From: Sedimentisphaerales bacterium
Lineage (GTDB): Bacteria > Planctomycetota > Phycisphaerae > Sedimentisphaerales > Anaerobacaceae
Length of the DNA: 64,000 nt
Assembly (NCBI GenBank): GCA_040772485.1
Contig: JAXGYC010000008.1
Coordinates: 96,001 to 160,000, forward strand
Direction of reading: 5' to 3'
In this document: positions 1-8,995 of the stretch, piece by piece
Layout of the letters: the number at the start of each line of letters is the position of its first letter
How positions within the stretch are numbered: the first letter of the stretch is position 1
Notes under the pieces: generated by a model
What the model was told of the DNA's origin: nothing
Database searches by the model: none
The model's input: only the letters and a program-made list of their open reading frames with translations
Program-made: the position numbers and the translations under genes

Positions 1-2074
1 CCAGCGGACCCGGCTCGCCGAACCAGAGCACGCCAAGGGGCCCTTTGGCCATCGTGTCAGGGGAACAGGCCGTGTTCTGCGGATTGCCGTACTGCTGAGT
101 CCATCCCGCGGTCCCTTCGAGTGGCGGGCGTGTGAACGTGCGCCACTGGAGACCGCCACGGCCGTCAGGCGTGGCCCCAACGGCGGTTCCGCCACCAGGC
201 CTCAGGACGCGCTCCACTTGTTCCCGCGTCACCTCCGCCGTGCCGGTGGTCAACAAGCCGTCGGAGACAACCAGATTGGCGAAGTAAGGGGGCAGGGAAT
301 CGATGTCCCACGGCTCCACGACCACCCGCGTGCCAAGCAGCCCGACCGACAGCAGTCTCTGGCGGGCGATGCACAGTTTGGCTGGATCCTTTTCGAGGCC
401 TACAATCTGGAGGTCGGTGATCCGGCTCAACTCGTAAGCAAGCTGACCCGTGTCGGCGTCCAGAATGAGACAGTAACCTTTCGTCGTGTTGCTCCGGTCC
501 ACGATCTGGCGAGCAACCTGCCGGTACAGGTCGCCCTGCGGGTCATCGCGAAAGGCATTCGGATCGTGCGCACTACGTGTCCCTTCCGACGCGGTGCATC
601 TGGTGGCTGCAAAACAGTGTATCCTGCCCTCCTCCGTACTGACAATCAGAGAGCCGCTGCCGGCGGCCAGACTCACGGAGTTTCCGGCCAGGTTCGACTG
701 CCATACTCTCCGCCCGGTCTCGACGTCCACGCCCAGGACCTGGTTCAAACCGCCGACAAAAAGCGTTTCGCCCGCCAGGATCAGAGAACGGCACTGCGGA
801 ACGGGCAGATACCATGTGTGGCAGGAATCGCGAAGCTGCCGCTCCGCCGCCAGGCGCCCGGCCGTAAGGCGGCCGATCTCATCGATCCTGTCGTGGATTC
901 GGGTCTGTTGCTCAGCCCCCGCCTTCTGGACATCTTCTCGCAGCTTGGCAAGCTCTTGTCCCAGCGCTTGGCGCGCCTCCGTGGAGGCAGCGACCTTCTG
1001 CCGCGCTTCGGCGTGCGCGTCGCGGTCGATGGCGTACAAACCGGCGGGCGTCAGAACGTACGCGAAGTTGCCCCGGACCACCATATCCAGTCCGGGGAAC
1101 CAGGCGAACACGTCTCCTTTGCTCTGGCCGGTTTTTGAATCGTATGCGACCTTGTGAGGCGTCCCGGATCGGTCTACCCCGGCAATGAGTTCATCACCGG
1201 CCAGCAAAGACCAGGTCCCGCCCTGCTTGCCCCCGGGAAAGGCCCAGAACAGAAACTGGCCACTTCGTCGACTGAAGGCGGCGGGCATCGCGCGGCCTGC
1301 AGGAACGTATAGAGTCTCGTCGGAAGCCAGCAGATACCCGTGGGGAGATATGCCGCCGTAGCTCAGCTCGTGGGCGCGATCACCAATCGTATCGTTCTTC
1401 CACACAAACGAACCGTCAGCGGCATTGAGGGCGCAGATGTAGATCCCCTCGTAGGGAAATACTCCGGCGCCGCAGTAGACCACACCCCAGTCTACCAGCA
1501 CGCTCGTGCGGATCGGCCAGAGGGAGATCATCCGCCCGTTGCCAAGGACTTTCTCGTCGCTCGGACCCGGCCGCTGCCGCCAGATCAGCGATCCATCGAC
1601 CGCACTGAGGCAATAGACATAGCCGTCGTCCGACCCGGCGTAGACACGACCCTCGTGAACGGTCGGGGCGAAACGGACCGGGCCTTCGGTGAAGTAGCTC
1701 CAGCACACCGCCCCCGAAGCGACATCAATCGCGCAGAGTTCATCCGTCACGGAGGACCCGAAGAACGCGCGACCATCGGCCAGCGCCACGTGAAAGGCGC
1801 TGTCCGCGTGCATGCGGGGCATTTCCTCCGACGGTGCGGGCCAGGCAGGCTTGGGTGGATGCGCGGGGGTGTAGGTCCACTGAAGCGAGAGCTCGGCCGG
1901 CAGGCTCTCGGCGCCCACTCCGCTGCGAGCGGCGTCACACCGGTATGTCGGCCAGTCGGCCGCTGCGGCCACGCCTCCCATACCATGCGTGAATGCACAG
2001 CATAGGGCTGTTGCAGCAAAACACAGGAAACCTGTCCTGAATCGAAACCGGATGACTGGAAACTGTCGGCTCAT
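1..2074 (-). CDS. Secreted PQQ-type beta-propeller protein with internal SAM-methyltransferase-like domain (3' end runs off window)
   Basis: Absent from the ORF track because no stop lies in the window. Manual translation from ATG at 2074 (GGAGG RBS upstream) gives a signal peptide, then ADWPTYRCDAARSG, later KGYCLILDADTGQLAYELS (MTase-like) and WTQQYGNPQNTACS, paralleling the genes at 4256 and 6637. Confidence 0.85.
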   Translation of the reverse strand, partial: MSRQFPVIRFRFRTGFLCFAATALCCAFTHGMGGVAAAADWPTYRCDAARSGVGAESLPAELSLQWTYTPAHPPKPAWPAPSEEMPRMHADSAFHVALADGRAFFGSSVTDELCAIDVASGAVCWSYFTEGPVRFAPTVHEGRVYAGSDDGYVYCLSAVDGSLIWRQRPGPSDEKVLGNGRMISLWPIRTSVLVDWGVVYCGAGVFPYEGIYICALNAADGSFVWKNDTIGDRAHELSYGGISPHGYLLASDETLYVPAGRAMPAAFSRRSGQFLFWAFPGGKQGGTWSLLAGDELIAGVDRSGTPHKVAYDSKTGQSKGDVFAWFPGLDMVVRGNFAYVLTPAGLYAIDRDAHAEARQKVAASTEARQALGQELAKLREDVQKAGAEQQTRIHDRIDEIGRLTAGRLAAERQLRDSCHTWYLPVPQCRSLILAGETLFVGGLNQVLGVDVETGRRVWQSNLAGNSVSLAAGSGSLIVSTEEGRIHCFAATRCTASEGTRSAHDPNAFRDDPQGDLYRQVARQIVDRSNTTKGYCLILDADTGQLAYELSRITDLQIVGLEKDPAKLCIARQRLLSVGLLGTRVVVEPWDIDSLPPYFANLVVSDGLLTTGTAEVTREQVERVLRPGGGTAVGATPDGRGGLQWRTFTRPPLEGTAGWTQQYGNPQNTACSPDTMAKGPLGVLWFGEPGPL

Positions 2075-2255
2075 GTGGTTTGCCTCCCCTGCAGCGGTTG
2101 AGGTCAGATCGGACAAACGCTGGATGTTCCGGTGTCTTTTACTCATCGCCAGACAATGGCACAGCCTTCTGCCCACAAAGAGTATCAGACTTTGGCCCCA
2201 GATACAATGAACAGATTAGCCCGGAAACGAAGAGGGCTCCGGCACGAAGAGTCTC

Positions 2256-2278
2256 GCAGGATGGGCTTGAGCCCATGC
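2256..2278 (+). repeat. REP-like palindrome GCAGGATGGGCTTGAGCCCATGC
   Basis: ATGGGCT/AGCCCAT hairpin; differs at 2 of 23 positions from the reverse complement of 55124-55146. Confidence 0.7.
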
Positions 2279-2303
2279 GGCCGATACGGCACAGACCGAT
2301 CCG

Positions 2304-2331
2304 GTAGGGGCGAATAATTATCCGCCCCTAC
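2304..2331. repeat. GTAG-type REP-like palindrome GTAGGGGCGAATAATTATCCGCCCCTAC
   Basis: Near-perfect inverted repeat starting GTAG and ending CTAC; contains the TAA stop of the methyltransferase gene. Confidence 0.75.
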
Positions 2332-3097
2332 TCTTGCGAAACTCCACCCAGACGCCGTAGTTCACACCGGCCTCGTTGTCCAGCCTCGGCCGGATGACGC
2401 GATAGTCCTTTATCCTCAGCGATTTCATGATGGCATGCAGTTCCTGAGCCGTCGCCGCAACATCATACTGCGGCCCCTCGCCTCGTCCCCCGCGCACCGC
2501 CTGGGCCACCTCGAGCGGCAGATTCGGCGAGAGACCGCGCCCGATATAAGCCACACCGCCGGGTTTGAGAACCCGTCGAACCTCCCGAAACGCTGCGACC
2601 TTGTCGCCCCACAACCAGAATGAGCCTCGCGAGACGATCACGTCCGCATAGTCATCTCGAAACGGCAGGGCCTGGGCATCGGCCTGGATGGCGCTGACCC
2701 GGCCGCCACAGCCATGTTCCTCTGCTCGTTGCAGGAAATAGGGGAAAAAGTGTGGATTGATATCGGCATTGATCCAGTGCATCTCCGTCCGTTTGCACAA
2801 TTCAATGACCAGCGTCCCCGGCCCACTGCCCAGATCAATCCCAATCCCGGTTTTGCCGCCAAGGTCCAGGTCGTCCACGAGTTGCTCTGCCAGAGGACCA
2901 TACACCGGCGCCAGCCGTCCCTCGCTCGACCGGATCATCCGAAGGGCATCCTCTCGGGAGTGCTCCTTCGGGGCTTCTGTCACCCGGTCGGCGTTCGAGA
3001 CGCGAGGACCGGCCCCCCCGCATCCGACGAGCAACGTCAACGCCGCCAGCACGATGCAGAACCGGCCTGCGCCCGGACCCTGAAGAGCCTTTGTCAT
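2318..3097 (-). CDS. Class I SAM-dependent methyltransferase, probable lipoprotein
   Basis: IDLGSGPG motif I, ADAQALPF...ADVIVSRG and RVLKPGG motifs; hydrophobic leader ending LLVG-C (lipobox). Start moved to MTKALQ. Confidence 0.85.
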   Translation of the reverse strand: MTKALQGPGAGRFCIVLAALTLLVGCGGAGPRVSNADRVTEAPKEHSREDALRMIRSSEGRLAPVYGPLAEQLVDDLDLGGKTGIGIDLGSGPGTLVIELCKRTEMHWINADINPHFFPYFLQRAEEHGCGGRVSAIQADAQALPFRDDYADVIVSRGSFWLWGDKVAAFREVRRVLKPGGVAYIGRGLSPNLPLEVAQAVRGGRGEGPQYDVAATAQELHAIMKSLRIKDYRVIRPRLDNEAGVNYGVWVEFRKSRGG

Positions 3098-3242
3098 GAT
3101 CGGTATCCATCCAATCGCACTGAGTCGGGTATGCTTCCACGCATCGCCTGGACCTCTGGGCGGGGTAGCCAACACAACTCCGCCGGAGAACCCGGGAGCG
3201 TACGATCCCCGGCGCCGGAATCAGGCGCCGGACTCGATCCGC

Positions 3243-3271
3243 ATTGTACGCCGGCTTCGGGAACCTGTCCA
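3243..3271 (-). promoter_or_regulatory. Sigma70-type promoter for the methyltransferase/propeller genes
   Basis: TGGACA-N17-TACAAT on the minus strand upstream of 3097. Confidence 0.55.
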
Positions 3272-3447
3272 CATTCACGGCAGATCGGAACATTTCCGTG
3301 CGAAACGACCCCAAACGGATGAACCCAGGTATTGACGCCGGAGGCAGTAATCTGGCACCATAAGAGTAGCGCCGTACGGGAAGACAATCCGGCAAACGAA
3401 ATGAGGGACCCCGAACGGTGCGGCAATAGCCATGAGAGGGCCGAGCA

Positions 3448-4200
3448 ATGCGCAGACGTGGTCGAGTTGGGTTTGGGTTCACGCTGATCGAGTTGCTCGT
3501 CGTCATCGCCGTCATTGCCATCCTGATGGCGATTCTGGCGCCCGCGCTGCGCAAGGCCCGATTCCACGCCAGCGAGGCCGCGTGCCTGAGCAATTTGCGG
3601 CAGATCAACCTGGCCCTGGTCGCCTATGCCAACGACGATGACCGGACCCGCTATCCACTGGAGCCGACCGAACACAATCCGCATCCCGGCCTGCTGGAGA
3701 AGATCGGGGCGCAACGGAATGGGGTCCTGATGGAGGCCTTCTACTGTCCGCAGGCTCGCGACCTGGAACAGAACGCCAACGATCCCAATGGCGGCACGCC
3801 CGTCGGCGGCACCGATTCGGTGATCGATACGCCCCAGAACCGCCAGCAGGGCAATGTCACCTACATTTACTGGAGCTTCCGGATGAACAAGCCGGGCCAG
3901 GCGGGAGGCACGTGGCGCGACACGTCCCAATTCCTGCCCCGACAGCTCACACTCTCCGGCATCGAAGCGCACCGCGAATGGCTGGGCCAGACCACCAAGA
4001 CCGAATTCCAGACGAATCGCTATCGGGCCTGCACGCTCGCTCAACCGGCGGAAACCTGGGTGATCTGCGATTTCTTCCGCAAGGGAGGAATCTTCCCGCA
4101 TGGTCGCCGAGGCGGCGCCAACGCCGGCGGCATCAACGTCAGCTACCTCGACGGTCACGCCGCTCGCGTGTACAAACAACCGAAAGACAGCTATCGCTGA
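3448..4200 (+). CDS. Prepilin-type N-terminal cleavage/methylation protein (H-X9-DG-like, DUF1559-like)
   Basis: [34 protein letters not shown]-terminal H...[10 protein letters not shown]. Confidence 0.9.
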   Translation: MRRRGRVGFGFTLIELLVVIAVIAILMAILAPALRKARFHASEAACLSNLRQINLALVAYANDDDRTRYPLEPTEHNPHPGLLEKIGAQRNGVLMEAFYCPQARDLEQNANDPNGGTPVGGTDSVIDTPQNRQQGNVTYIYWSFRMNKPGQAGGTWRDTSQFLPRQLTLSGIEAHREWLGQTTKTEFQTNRYRACTLAQPAETWVICDFFRKGGIFPHGRRGGANAGGINVSYLDGHAARVYKQPKDSYR

Positions 4201-4255
4201 GGTGGCGAGTCGACAGGATGGGTCTGTCGTCTTTCGTGGTTGAGAAAGGACAAAC

Positions 4256-6625
4256 GTGAGGACAAGCACGGAAACTCTGCACTGCCTTGTGGCCGCAGCG
4301 CTGATCGTTCTGGCGCCCGCGAAGGCTTGGGGACCGCTCGGTCTGAGCATAGCACGCGGGCAAGACAGACCTTCGCCCGAGCCCGCTCCCATCCAGATGG
4401 AACTCGGGCCATACGTGCGGTACACCTCGCCATCACAGGCGGTCGTGTCGTGGTGGACCGAGGACGAGGTCCCGTCCATTCTGGACTACGGCCTGGCCGG
4501 GCCGAGGGCAAAGTACTCCCCAAGCATCCAGTTGCTTGGACGCGATCGAGGCGGGTTAGAGAACCGCAAGCAGGACGAGCAGCCAAAGCGACACCATGCC
4601 CTCACGATCGAAGGATTGCGGCCGAATCGAGTGTATGCCTACCGTATCACCCTGCGGCTGGGCGACGTGGAGCAAAGCAGCGAGGTCTATGAGCTGGATA
4701 CCGCCGTCAACTACAGCGTCCGTCCGCTGCCGACAGGTTTGGCCATAGCAGGCGACCCTGAACACGCCGAGCAGATGCGCCGCATCGCCGGAGAGATACT
4801 GGAGCGCAGCGACGCGACGAAGGGGTACTGTCTCGTCTGGGGCCTTGTGGACGGCGTGCTGGCGTATGAGCTGGCCGCTGGCAGCGATCTGACCGTGATT
4901 GGGATCGATGACGATGCCGAGCGCGTGGCGCAGGTGCGCAACGACCTCTACCAGGCCGGCGTCTATGGAACGCGGCTCATGGTGCAGCACGTGGATGGTT
5001 TTGAAGAGCTGCCCTACCCGGGCAACTTCGCGAACCTCATCGTTTCGGAACGCATGGTCGTCGAAGGACAGTGTGTGGGACCGGCCGCCGAGATGTACCG
5101 CCTCGTGCGACCGCGAGGAAGCGCCGCCATCCTGTCCTGCCCGCCGGCCGCGCCCACGTCCATGCCCGCGGTGGAGGCATGGCTCAACGCCGCTTCAATC
5201 GACCACGTTGAGCAGGAGACACCTGCCGGCCTGTTCTACATCGTGACCAAACCCATGCCACCGGGCTGCGGCTCGTGGACCCACCAGTACGGGGACGCGG
5301 GGAACACCGCTAACAGCCACGATGATCTCAACGGAGCCACGCAGACCGACCAGATGCGGGTGCAGTGGCTGGGCAGGCCGGGCGCCGATTTCGGCATGGA
5401 CCGAAATCCCCGCATGCCCGCACCCCTGGCTGCCAACGGCAAGCTCTTCCATCAGGGTATGAACCGAATGGTCGCCATCGATGCGTACAATGGGACGATT
5501 CTCTGGTCGCTGGAAGTCCCGGCTATGCGGCGCGTCAACCTGCCACGAGATGCAAGCAACTGGTGCACCGATGATGCCGCCCTCTACGTGGCCGTCCTGG
5601 GCGACTGCTGGGTGATCGGACACTCCGACGGCGCGCTTCAGCAAGTCGTCGAACTGCCCGAGGGCTTCAACCGCCAGCAGTACGACTGGGGTTACCTCGC
5701 CCGCAAGGATAGTCTGCTTTTCGGCAGCGCCGTCAGGAAGAACACCAGCTATACCGAGTTCTGGGGCCATGACGCGTGGTATGACAGAACCGTCGGCGCC
5801 GGGACCGAGAAGGTCTGTAGCGATGCCCTGTTCGCCTATGATCTGGGGACCGGCCAGCCGGCGTGGACCCGACGCAACGGCGTCGTGATCAACACGACGA
5901 TCGCTGTCGGGAAACAGGGTGTCGTTTTCGTCGAATCTCGGAACCCGGCCGTCCAAAGCTCGCCTACGCGCCGGCTCAACGATTTGCCGTTGTGGTCCGA
6001 TCAGTATCTCGTATGCCTCGACACGCAGACCGGTGAGCCCATCTGGGAGACCCCCCTCGACACCGCCGACGGAATCGTCGTGTTCTACCTCGCCTGCACG
6101 GATGACGCCATCGTGATCGCCTCGTCCGGTGCAGGCAAGTACCACTTGTATCGGTACAGCTCCGATACCGGTAAGTTCCTCTGGCACGCCGAGCATAGTT
6201 GGTCCGGCGACAATCACGGCGCCCACATGCAACACCCAGTCGTGCTGACGGACCGGATCTTCCTGGAGCCGTGCGGCTATGACCTCGCGACAGGACGACT
6301 CCTGACCTCTTCGATGAGTCCGCGAGAGGGTTGCGCCACGTACTGCGGCACGAATTACGCTCTTGTCCATCGAGGTCAAGCCCGATGCGTTGCGATGTGG
6401 GACTTCAACACCGGCCGCATCACGACCTGGCGGAACCTGCGTCCAAGCTGCTGGCTCAGCACGATTGTTGGCGAGGGAATGATATTGTCGCCCGAAGGCG
6501 GCGGAGGGTGCAGTTGTGGCAACTGGCTGGAGACTTCAATGGCCTTCTCACCGCTGCAGGTCAGTACTGCCCCCGCCAGAAGACCTTTGCCAACAGGCGG
6601 TGACGCGATCGAAAGTGGGCAATGA
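4256..6625 (+). CDS. Secreted protein: FN3-like N-domain, methyltransferase-like domain and PQQ-type beta-propeller
   Basis: Signal peptide; GPY...AVVSWWT...H.LTIEGLRPN..Y.YRI; GYCLVWG...LAYELA...FANLIVSE; WTHQYGDAGNT; AIDAYNGTILW repeats; Cys-rich tail RPSCW...GGGCSC. Confidence 0.85.
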   Translation: MRTSTETLHCLVAAALIVLAPAKAWGPLGLSIARGQDRPSPEPAPIQMELGPYVRYTSPSQAVVSWWTEDEVPSILDYGLAGPRAKYSPSIQLLGRDRGGLENRKQDEQPKRHHALTIEGLRPNRVYAYRITLRLGDVEQSSEVYELDTAVNYSVRPLPTGLAIAGDPEHAEQMRRIAGEILERSDATKGYCLVWGLVDGVLAYELAAGSDLTVIGIDDDAERVAQVRNDLYQAGVYGTRLMVQHVDGFEELPYPGNFANLIVSERMVVEGQCVGPAAEMYRLVRPRGSAAILSCPPAAPTSMPAVEAWLNAASIDHVEQETPAGLFYIVTKPMPPGCGSWTHQYGDAGNTANSHDDLNGATQTDQMRVQWLGRPGADFGMDRNPRMPAPLAANGKLFHQGMNRMVAIDAYNGTILWSLEVPAMRRVNLPRDASNWCTDDAALYVAVLGDCWVIGHSDGALQQVVELPEGFNRQQYDWGYLARKDSLLFGSAVRKNTSYTEFWGHDAWYDRTVGAGTEKVCSDALFAYDLGTGQPAWTRRNGVVINTTIAVGKQGVVFVESRNPAVQSSPTRRLNDLPLWSDQYLVCLDTQTGEPIWETPLDTADGIVVFYLACTDDAIVIASSGAGKYHLYRYSSDTGKFLWHAEHSWSGDNHGAHMQHPVVLTDRIFLEPCGYDLATGRLLTSSMSPREGCATYCGTNYALVHRGQARCVAMWDFNTGRITTWRNLRPSCWLSTIVGEGMILSPEGGGGCSCGNWLETSMAFSPLQVSTAPARRPLPTGGDAIESGQ

Positions 6626-6636
6626 GGGAGGGCCGT

Positions 6637-8235
6637 ATGGGCTCACACATCTCCGTGATCAGTCTGAGCGTGGTCTGCCTGTTGATGATCGCATCACCGG
6701 CGGCTCGCGCCGAGGATTGGCCAACGTATCAGCACGACAATCGGCGAAGCGGCGTCACGGGCGAGCAACTGCAAATGCCCCTACACAGAGCATGGGAGTA
6801 CATCCCATGCGATCATCCGAGGACCGCGTGGAGCGGCCCGGCCAAGTGGGATTCCTATGCCGGCCTGGTCAACCTCAAGTCCATGCGCGACTTCGATCCC
6901 GTGTTCTACGTGACGGTCGCCGAGACGAGCGTTTTCTTCGGCAGTTCCATTGACAACGCCGTTCACTGCCTCGACGCCTCCAGCGGCAAGGAGAAATGGG
7001 TGGCTTTCGCCAACGGCCCCGTCCGCCTGCCGCCGTCCTTGTACGGCGGCAAGCTCTATTTCGGCAGCGATGACGGGTGTGTGTACTGCGTCCGCTGCGA
7101 TTCAGGGGAGACCATCTGGCGCCATGAGGCAGCACCGGGCGGCGCGCAGATCCCCATCGACGGAAGACTTGCGTCGCTCTGGCCGTGTCGCACCGGCGCC
7201 CTGGTGCAGGACTCCAGGGTCTACTTCGCGGCGTCATTGTTGCCCTGGCAGAAGACCTACCTGTGCGCACTGGATGCACAGACCGGAGCGTCAGACGGCC
7301 CAGGGTTGTACAAGAGACAACTGGAGCAGATGACGACGCAGGGCCCGATGCTTGCCTCCGCCACCAGGCTCTACCTGTCGCAGGGACGCCAGGTGCCGCT
7401 GGTCTTCGAGCGCGCCACCGGCAGCATGGTGCAGAGCCTCGGCAGTTCCGGCTTCGGCGGCGTGTTCGGACTGCTGACCGAAGATTCGATATTCGTCCAC
7501 GGACACGGCCAGAACCACCGTGCCGACGGCGAGCTGCGATTCTTCGGCGGCAGTAAAAACGATCTGCTCGTGACGTTCCCCCGCGCCACCTCCCTCGTCA
7601 TTCACAATGGTGCCATCTACCTGTACGCGGATGGATGGCTCCAGGCGTTCGACCGCGACAGTTACGTCGAGCTCCAGTCCCGGATCGATCTGCTGCAAGC
7701 GAGTATACAGCAGTTGCAGGAACGCAAGAAGAAGCTCGCGCGCGACGCCAGTGATGTGCAACGCCGACAACTTGATGCAGAGATAGCTACAGCGCAGGCA
7801 GAAATCCCTACACTCCAGGCAGAGCTGTCCGCGTGCGTTCCGTGGCGTGTCGCGAGTGACTGCCCCCTGACCCTGATTCTGGCCGGTGACACGCTCTTCG
7901 CCGGGGGCGAAGGCAAGGTGGCCGCCTTCGAAACGGCGACCGGCGAGCAGATCTGGACCGCGCCGGTCGAAGGCAGAGCATACGGCCTGGCCGCCGCCGC
8001 AGGCTCGTTGTTCGTAAGCACCGATCTGGGGAGAATCGTCTGCTTCACTGCCCCGGAAATACGGGTCGGGACAACCCAAGGCCCCAGGCCCGCTCAGTGT
8101 GTTCTGCGTCGATGCAGCCAGCCGATGAGACCGGCCCAGACCATGCCGAGCACGATCGCACCGACGACGGGGACAACGGCCGACACCTCTGTGCTCTCCA
8201 ACGGATCGAACGCGAGTGACCCCGACTGCGGATGA
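6637..8235 (+). CDS. Secreted PQQ-type beta-propeller protein with coiled-coil insertion
   Basis: EDWPTYQHDNRRSG; repeated CLDASSGKEKW, FGSDDG.VYC and AFETATGEQIW blades. The 3' end may be extended by read-through. Confidence 0.85.
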   Translation: MGSHISVISLSVVCLLMIASPAARAEDWPTYQHDNRRSGVTGEQLQMPLHRAWEYIPCDHPRTAWSGPAKWDSYAGLVNLKSMRDFDPVFYVTVAETSVFFGSSIDNAVHCLDASSGKEKWVAFANGPVRLPPSLYGGKLYFGSDDGCVYCVRCDSGETIWRHEAAPGGAQIPIDGRLASLWPCRTGALVQDSRVYFAASLLPWQKTYLCALDAQTGASDGPGLYKRQLEQMTTQGPMLASATRLYLSQGRQVPLVFERATGSMVQSLGSSGFGGVFGLLTEDSIFVHGHGQNHRADGELRFFGGSKNDLLVTFPRATSLVIHNGAIYLYADGWLQAFDRDSYVELQSRIDLLQASIQQLQERKKKLARDASDVQRRQLDAEIATAQAEIPTLQAELSACVPWRVASDCPLTLILAGDTLFAGGEGKVAAFETATGEQIWTAPVEGRAYGLAAAAGSLFVSTDLGRIVCFTAPEIRVGTTQGPRPAQCVLRRCSQPMRPAQTMPSTIAPTTGTTADTSVLSNGSNASDPDCG

Positions 8236-8588
8236 GTCTCATCGCGACGGAGTCCCACAGGATTGCCCGCAGCCGAGGGGGAGAGAATCCTGTCCACGAC
8301 AAGGTGCTCGCCTGCCGGCGACTGGGTCCATGTCGTGGGATCGAGAGAGAACGCCTCCAGGACATACGATGGGTAGTCATGGTCTTGCGGGCGGACATTC
8401 GACCGGGCTTCGCCCGCCGCCGCCACGAAGGAATCCGATGTCACGCGTTCCGAGGCTGCCGGGAGGGCGCTGTTGCAGTCCCAACCCGAGGGCAAGACCG
8501 AGAGGTCCTGGGCTTGAACCGCCGCCGCGCCGCCAACGACGAGGGCATACCACAGAACGATTCCGGGACTGCCGCGCGCACCGCACAT
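8094..8588 (-). CDS. Small secreted protein with PEP-CTERM-like (VPxxGA) C-terminal sorting signal
   Basis: GAGGAG RBS before MCGARG; signal peptide ending AVQA; C-terminus VVPVVGAIVLGMVWAGLIGWLHRRRTH (motif, TM helix, basic tail). Confidence 0.65.
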   Translation of the reverse strand: MCGARGSPGIVLWYALVVGGAAAVQAQDLSVLPSGWDCNSALPAASERVTSDSFVAAAGEARSNVRPQDHDYPSYVLEAFSLDPTTWTQSPAGEHLVVDRILSPSAAGNPVGLRRDETHPQSGSLAFDPLESTEVSAVVPVVGAIVLGMVWAGLIGWLHRRRTH

Positions 8589-8972
8589 ATCCCACTCCTC
8601 CTGTTCAGACTTGCACCTCATTGCACCGGGCCAAGCCAACCGCGCTGCGGCGTTCTCCCCATGGCCGGGCGAACGCCCCCGATGCATCATCGCCAACTAC
8701 CCTCCATTTTACCCAGAAGCCACCCCATCACCAAGGGAATCTGGAGGACCGCCGACCTGAACCGCATGCAAACGGACATTGACACCCCGCTTTTCGGCAC
8801 AAGTACTTCGCCCAGCTATACTTAGATCGACTTCATGCCGTCACAAACGGGGTTTGGACTCCCACATGCCCACCGGCCGGGAAACCAAGCCATCGAGAAC
8901 CTGCCGGACCCGTCTTCAGGGAATCTCGGAAGCCGGCAAGCCAGCGCAACCGGCGCTTACGCCGTTCAGATG

Positions 8973-8992
8973 GGATGCCCTGGGAAGCATCC
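8973..8992. terminator. Hairpin just downstream of the GH28 stop codon
   Basis: GGATGC-N8-GCATCC; no clear U-tract. Confidence 0.3.
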
Positions 8993-8995
8993 GGC

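Noticed and set aside
2157..2172. Sigma54-like TGGCAC...TGC site
   Set aside because: The spacing is off by one base and it points away from the nearest gene start.
8865..8905. Cobalamin-riboswitch-like words (GGGAA...AGCC...ACCTGCC)
   Set aside because: The upstream core elements are missing and there is no downstream plus-strand gene.
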